A DNA stretch of 64,000 nt from an uncultured Candidatus Puniceispirillum sp. (GTDB lineage: Bacteria > Pseudomonadota > Alphaproteobacteria > Puniceispirillales > Puniceispirillaceae), in the NCBI GenBank assembly GCA_905182545.1, contig CAJJBY010000003.1, positions 30,892-94,891 on the forward strand. The letters run 5' to 3'. The position numbers were made by a program, and so were the translations under genes. This document shows positions 62,935-64,000 of the stretch, in pieces. The notes under the pieces are model-generated. The model saw nothing but the letters and a program-made list of their open reading frames with translations. It ran no database searches and was not told where the DNA came from. Numbering within the stretch: the first letter of the stretch is position 1; each line of letters begins with the position of its first letter.

Positions 62935-63258
62935 ATGGCTATTTATGAATTACGAACCTATCAGGTCACTGTTGGGAAAATGAAAGACGCTGTTGAGGCC
63001 TACAGTAAAAAAGGTTGGCCAGCGCTGCAAAAGGGCGACTTTGATAAAAAGCTAGTTGGTTATTTCATTTCAGATACCGGCCCGCTTCATCAGATCGTGC
63101 ATCTGTGGAAATTTGACGATGATGCCGATCGTCGCAATCATTGGAACAGCCTTTTTGCTAATGATGATTTTATGGATTTTGCCGGTGATCTTCGCCCTTT
63201 ATTGCTAAGCCAGCAAAACCAGCTATTGAATGCTGCGCCTTGGGGGCCGCAGCCCTGA
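62935..63258 (+). CDS. NIPSNAP family protein
   Basis: MAIYELRTYQV...HLWKFDD...R pattern, about 107 aa. Confidence 0.65.
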   Translation: MAIYELRTYQVTVGKMKDAVEAYSKKGWPALQKGDFDKKLVGYFISDTGPLHQIVHLWKFDDDADRRNHWNSLFANDDFMDFAGDLRPLLLSQQNQLLNAAPWGPQP

Positions 63259-63310
63259 TTGCGCAGGGTCGCAACACCGCATCGACATGATCTTTTAAGG
63301 AGATGCTAAG

Positions 63311-63766
63311 GTGATTAATATAAAATATCTGATTTGGGCGCTTCTGGCGGGTTCATTCATTCCTGTTGTCGGTATTTTGAATGGCCGTGTTGGACGCGCC
63401 CTTGGCGAGCCGCTTCATGCCAGTATTCTGCTATTCGGTGTGGCCATTCTTTTGGCGATAACGGTAGCGGTTCTGGCAGGGCGCGGCCTTCCCAATATTG
63501 GTGATTTCAGACAGTTGCAACCGGTTGAATATCTGGCTGGTTTAGTCGTTGCTTTCTATGTGATTAGCGCCACGGTTCTGGCTGGAAAAATAGGCGTTGC
63601 CAATTTCATTGTCATGGCGGTATCGGGGCAGATTATCTTTTCGCTGCTGATTGATCATTTTGGTTTGTTTGGCGCGCCAATTCGGCCGGTAAATCTGCTG
63701 CAGCTTGGCGGTGCAAGCATGCTTCTTGGCGGCTTGGTGATTACCCAGCTTGCCAATGGTAAATAG
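63311..63766 (+). CDS. DMT-superfamily small membrane protein (DUF606/YdcZ-like)
   Basis: 151 aa with 4-5 hydrophobic helices and NGRVGRALG near the N-terminus. Confidence 0.5.
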   Translation: MINIKYLIWALLAGSFIPVVGILNGRVGRALGEPLHASILLFGVAILLAITVAVLAGRGLPNIGDFRQLQPVEYLAGLVVAFYVISATVLAGKIGVANFIVMAVSGQIIFSLLIDHFGLFGAPIRPVNLLQLGGASMLLGGLVITQLANGK

Positions 63767-63796
63767 GTGGTGATGACACGCGTTGCTGTTGCCTGA

Positions 63797-64000
63797 TTAG
63801 CGCAGCCCGTCCTTGCCTTCAACCTCATCATGCGTCAGGCCGCCAACACGCGGCAAGGGACGCCCTGAATCAGCAACAGCAACGGCAACCAGAATTTCAT
63901 TGGCGCGTGGGGCGTCACTGACGCTGACTTCCATTCCATCGAAATGTGAGCGGACATAGGCAGCGTCCTTATGACCAAGTGGCACATCAATGGGGTGACC
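63797..64000 (-). CDS. C-terminal part of an unidentified protein (open to the window end)
   Basis: The minus-strand frame is open from the window edge to the stop at 63797 (...VPLGHKDAAYVRSHFDGMEVSVSDAPRANEILVAVAVADSGRPLPRVGGLTHDEVEGKDGLR*). I recognise no motif. Confidence 0.3.
   Translation of the reverse strand, partial: GHPIDVPLGHKDAAYVRSHFDGMEVSVSDAPRANEILVAVAVADSGRPLPRVGGLTHDEVEGKDGLR

Overview
The window looks like a chromosomal segment of a roughly 50% GC alphaproteobacterium. The gene content suggests a marine Rhodospirillales or SAR116-like organism, but that assignment is inference only.

Contents, in order:
- 1-21.2 kb is housekeeping: lptA/lptC/rnd, tRNA-Leu(CAG), uppP, gltD-gltB, and the conserved thrS-infC-rpmI-rplT-pheS-pheT block.
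- 21.5-42 kb is a patchwork of small catabolic modules:
  - RraA-like, cupin and GMC oxidoreductase genes.
  - Two divergent TauE/SafE-type (TSUP) permeases.
  - A 780-aa PHP-like protein of unknown function.
  - GntR plus TcuA/TcuB-like genes.
  - IclR plus a GMC oxidoreductase and TerC.
  - A HisD-paralog/SDR/Zn-ADH trio that matches the hpsN-O-P module for dihydroxypropanesulfonate (DHPS) catabolism, preceded by only the 3' stump of its TRAP permease gene.
- 42.5-43.9 kb holds gloB-gloA.
- 44.9-52.1 kb is a compact peptidoglycan-recycling cluster (amidase, NlpC/P60, ampG, Ldt-like, murQ, anmK, PIG-L deacetylase, GH84-like).
- 52.2-56.9 kb holds an aminotransferase, a GST, and an alpha/beta hydrolase next to a flavin monooxygenase.
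- 57.2-61.9 kb is a LivJHMGF-type ABC transporter with visibly lower GC and AGA-rich codon usage.
- 61.9-63.8 kb holds DapA-family, NIPSNAP and DMT genes.

I found no CRISPR array, rRNA, transposase, integrase, phage gene or recognisable defence system.

The most striking sequence-level observation is ten +1 frameshifts, all in the same direction, plus one in-frame stop. Nine of the ten (and the stop) are clear; the tenth, a start-region shift in the Rap1a-like gene, is tentative. They interrupt nine otherwise well-conserved genes between 4.5 and 45.5 kb, including the essential thrS and gltD. Most can be read as a one-base extension of a short homopolymer, so sequencing or assembly error is the leading explanation, and it needs checking against reads.

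I do not see a convincing, clearly novel multi-gene system. The best candidates for follow-up are the TSUP plus PHP-like pair and the degraded DHPS locus.
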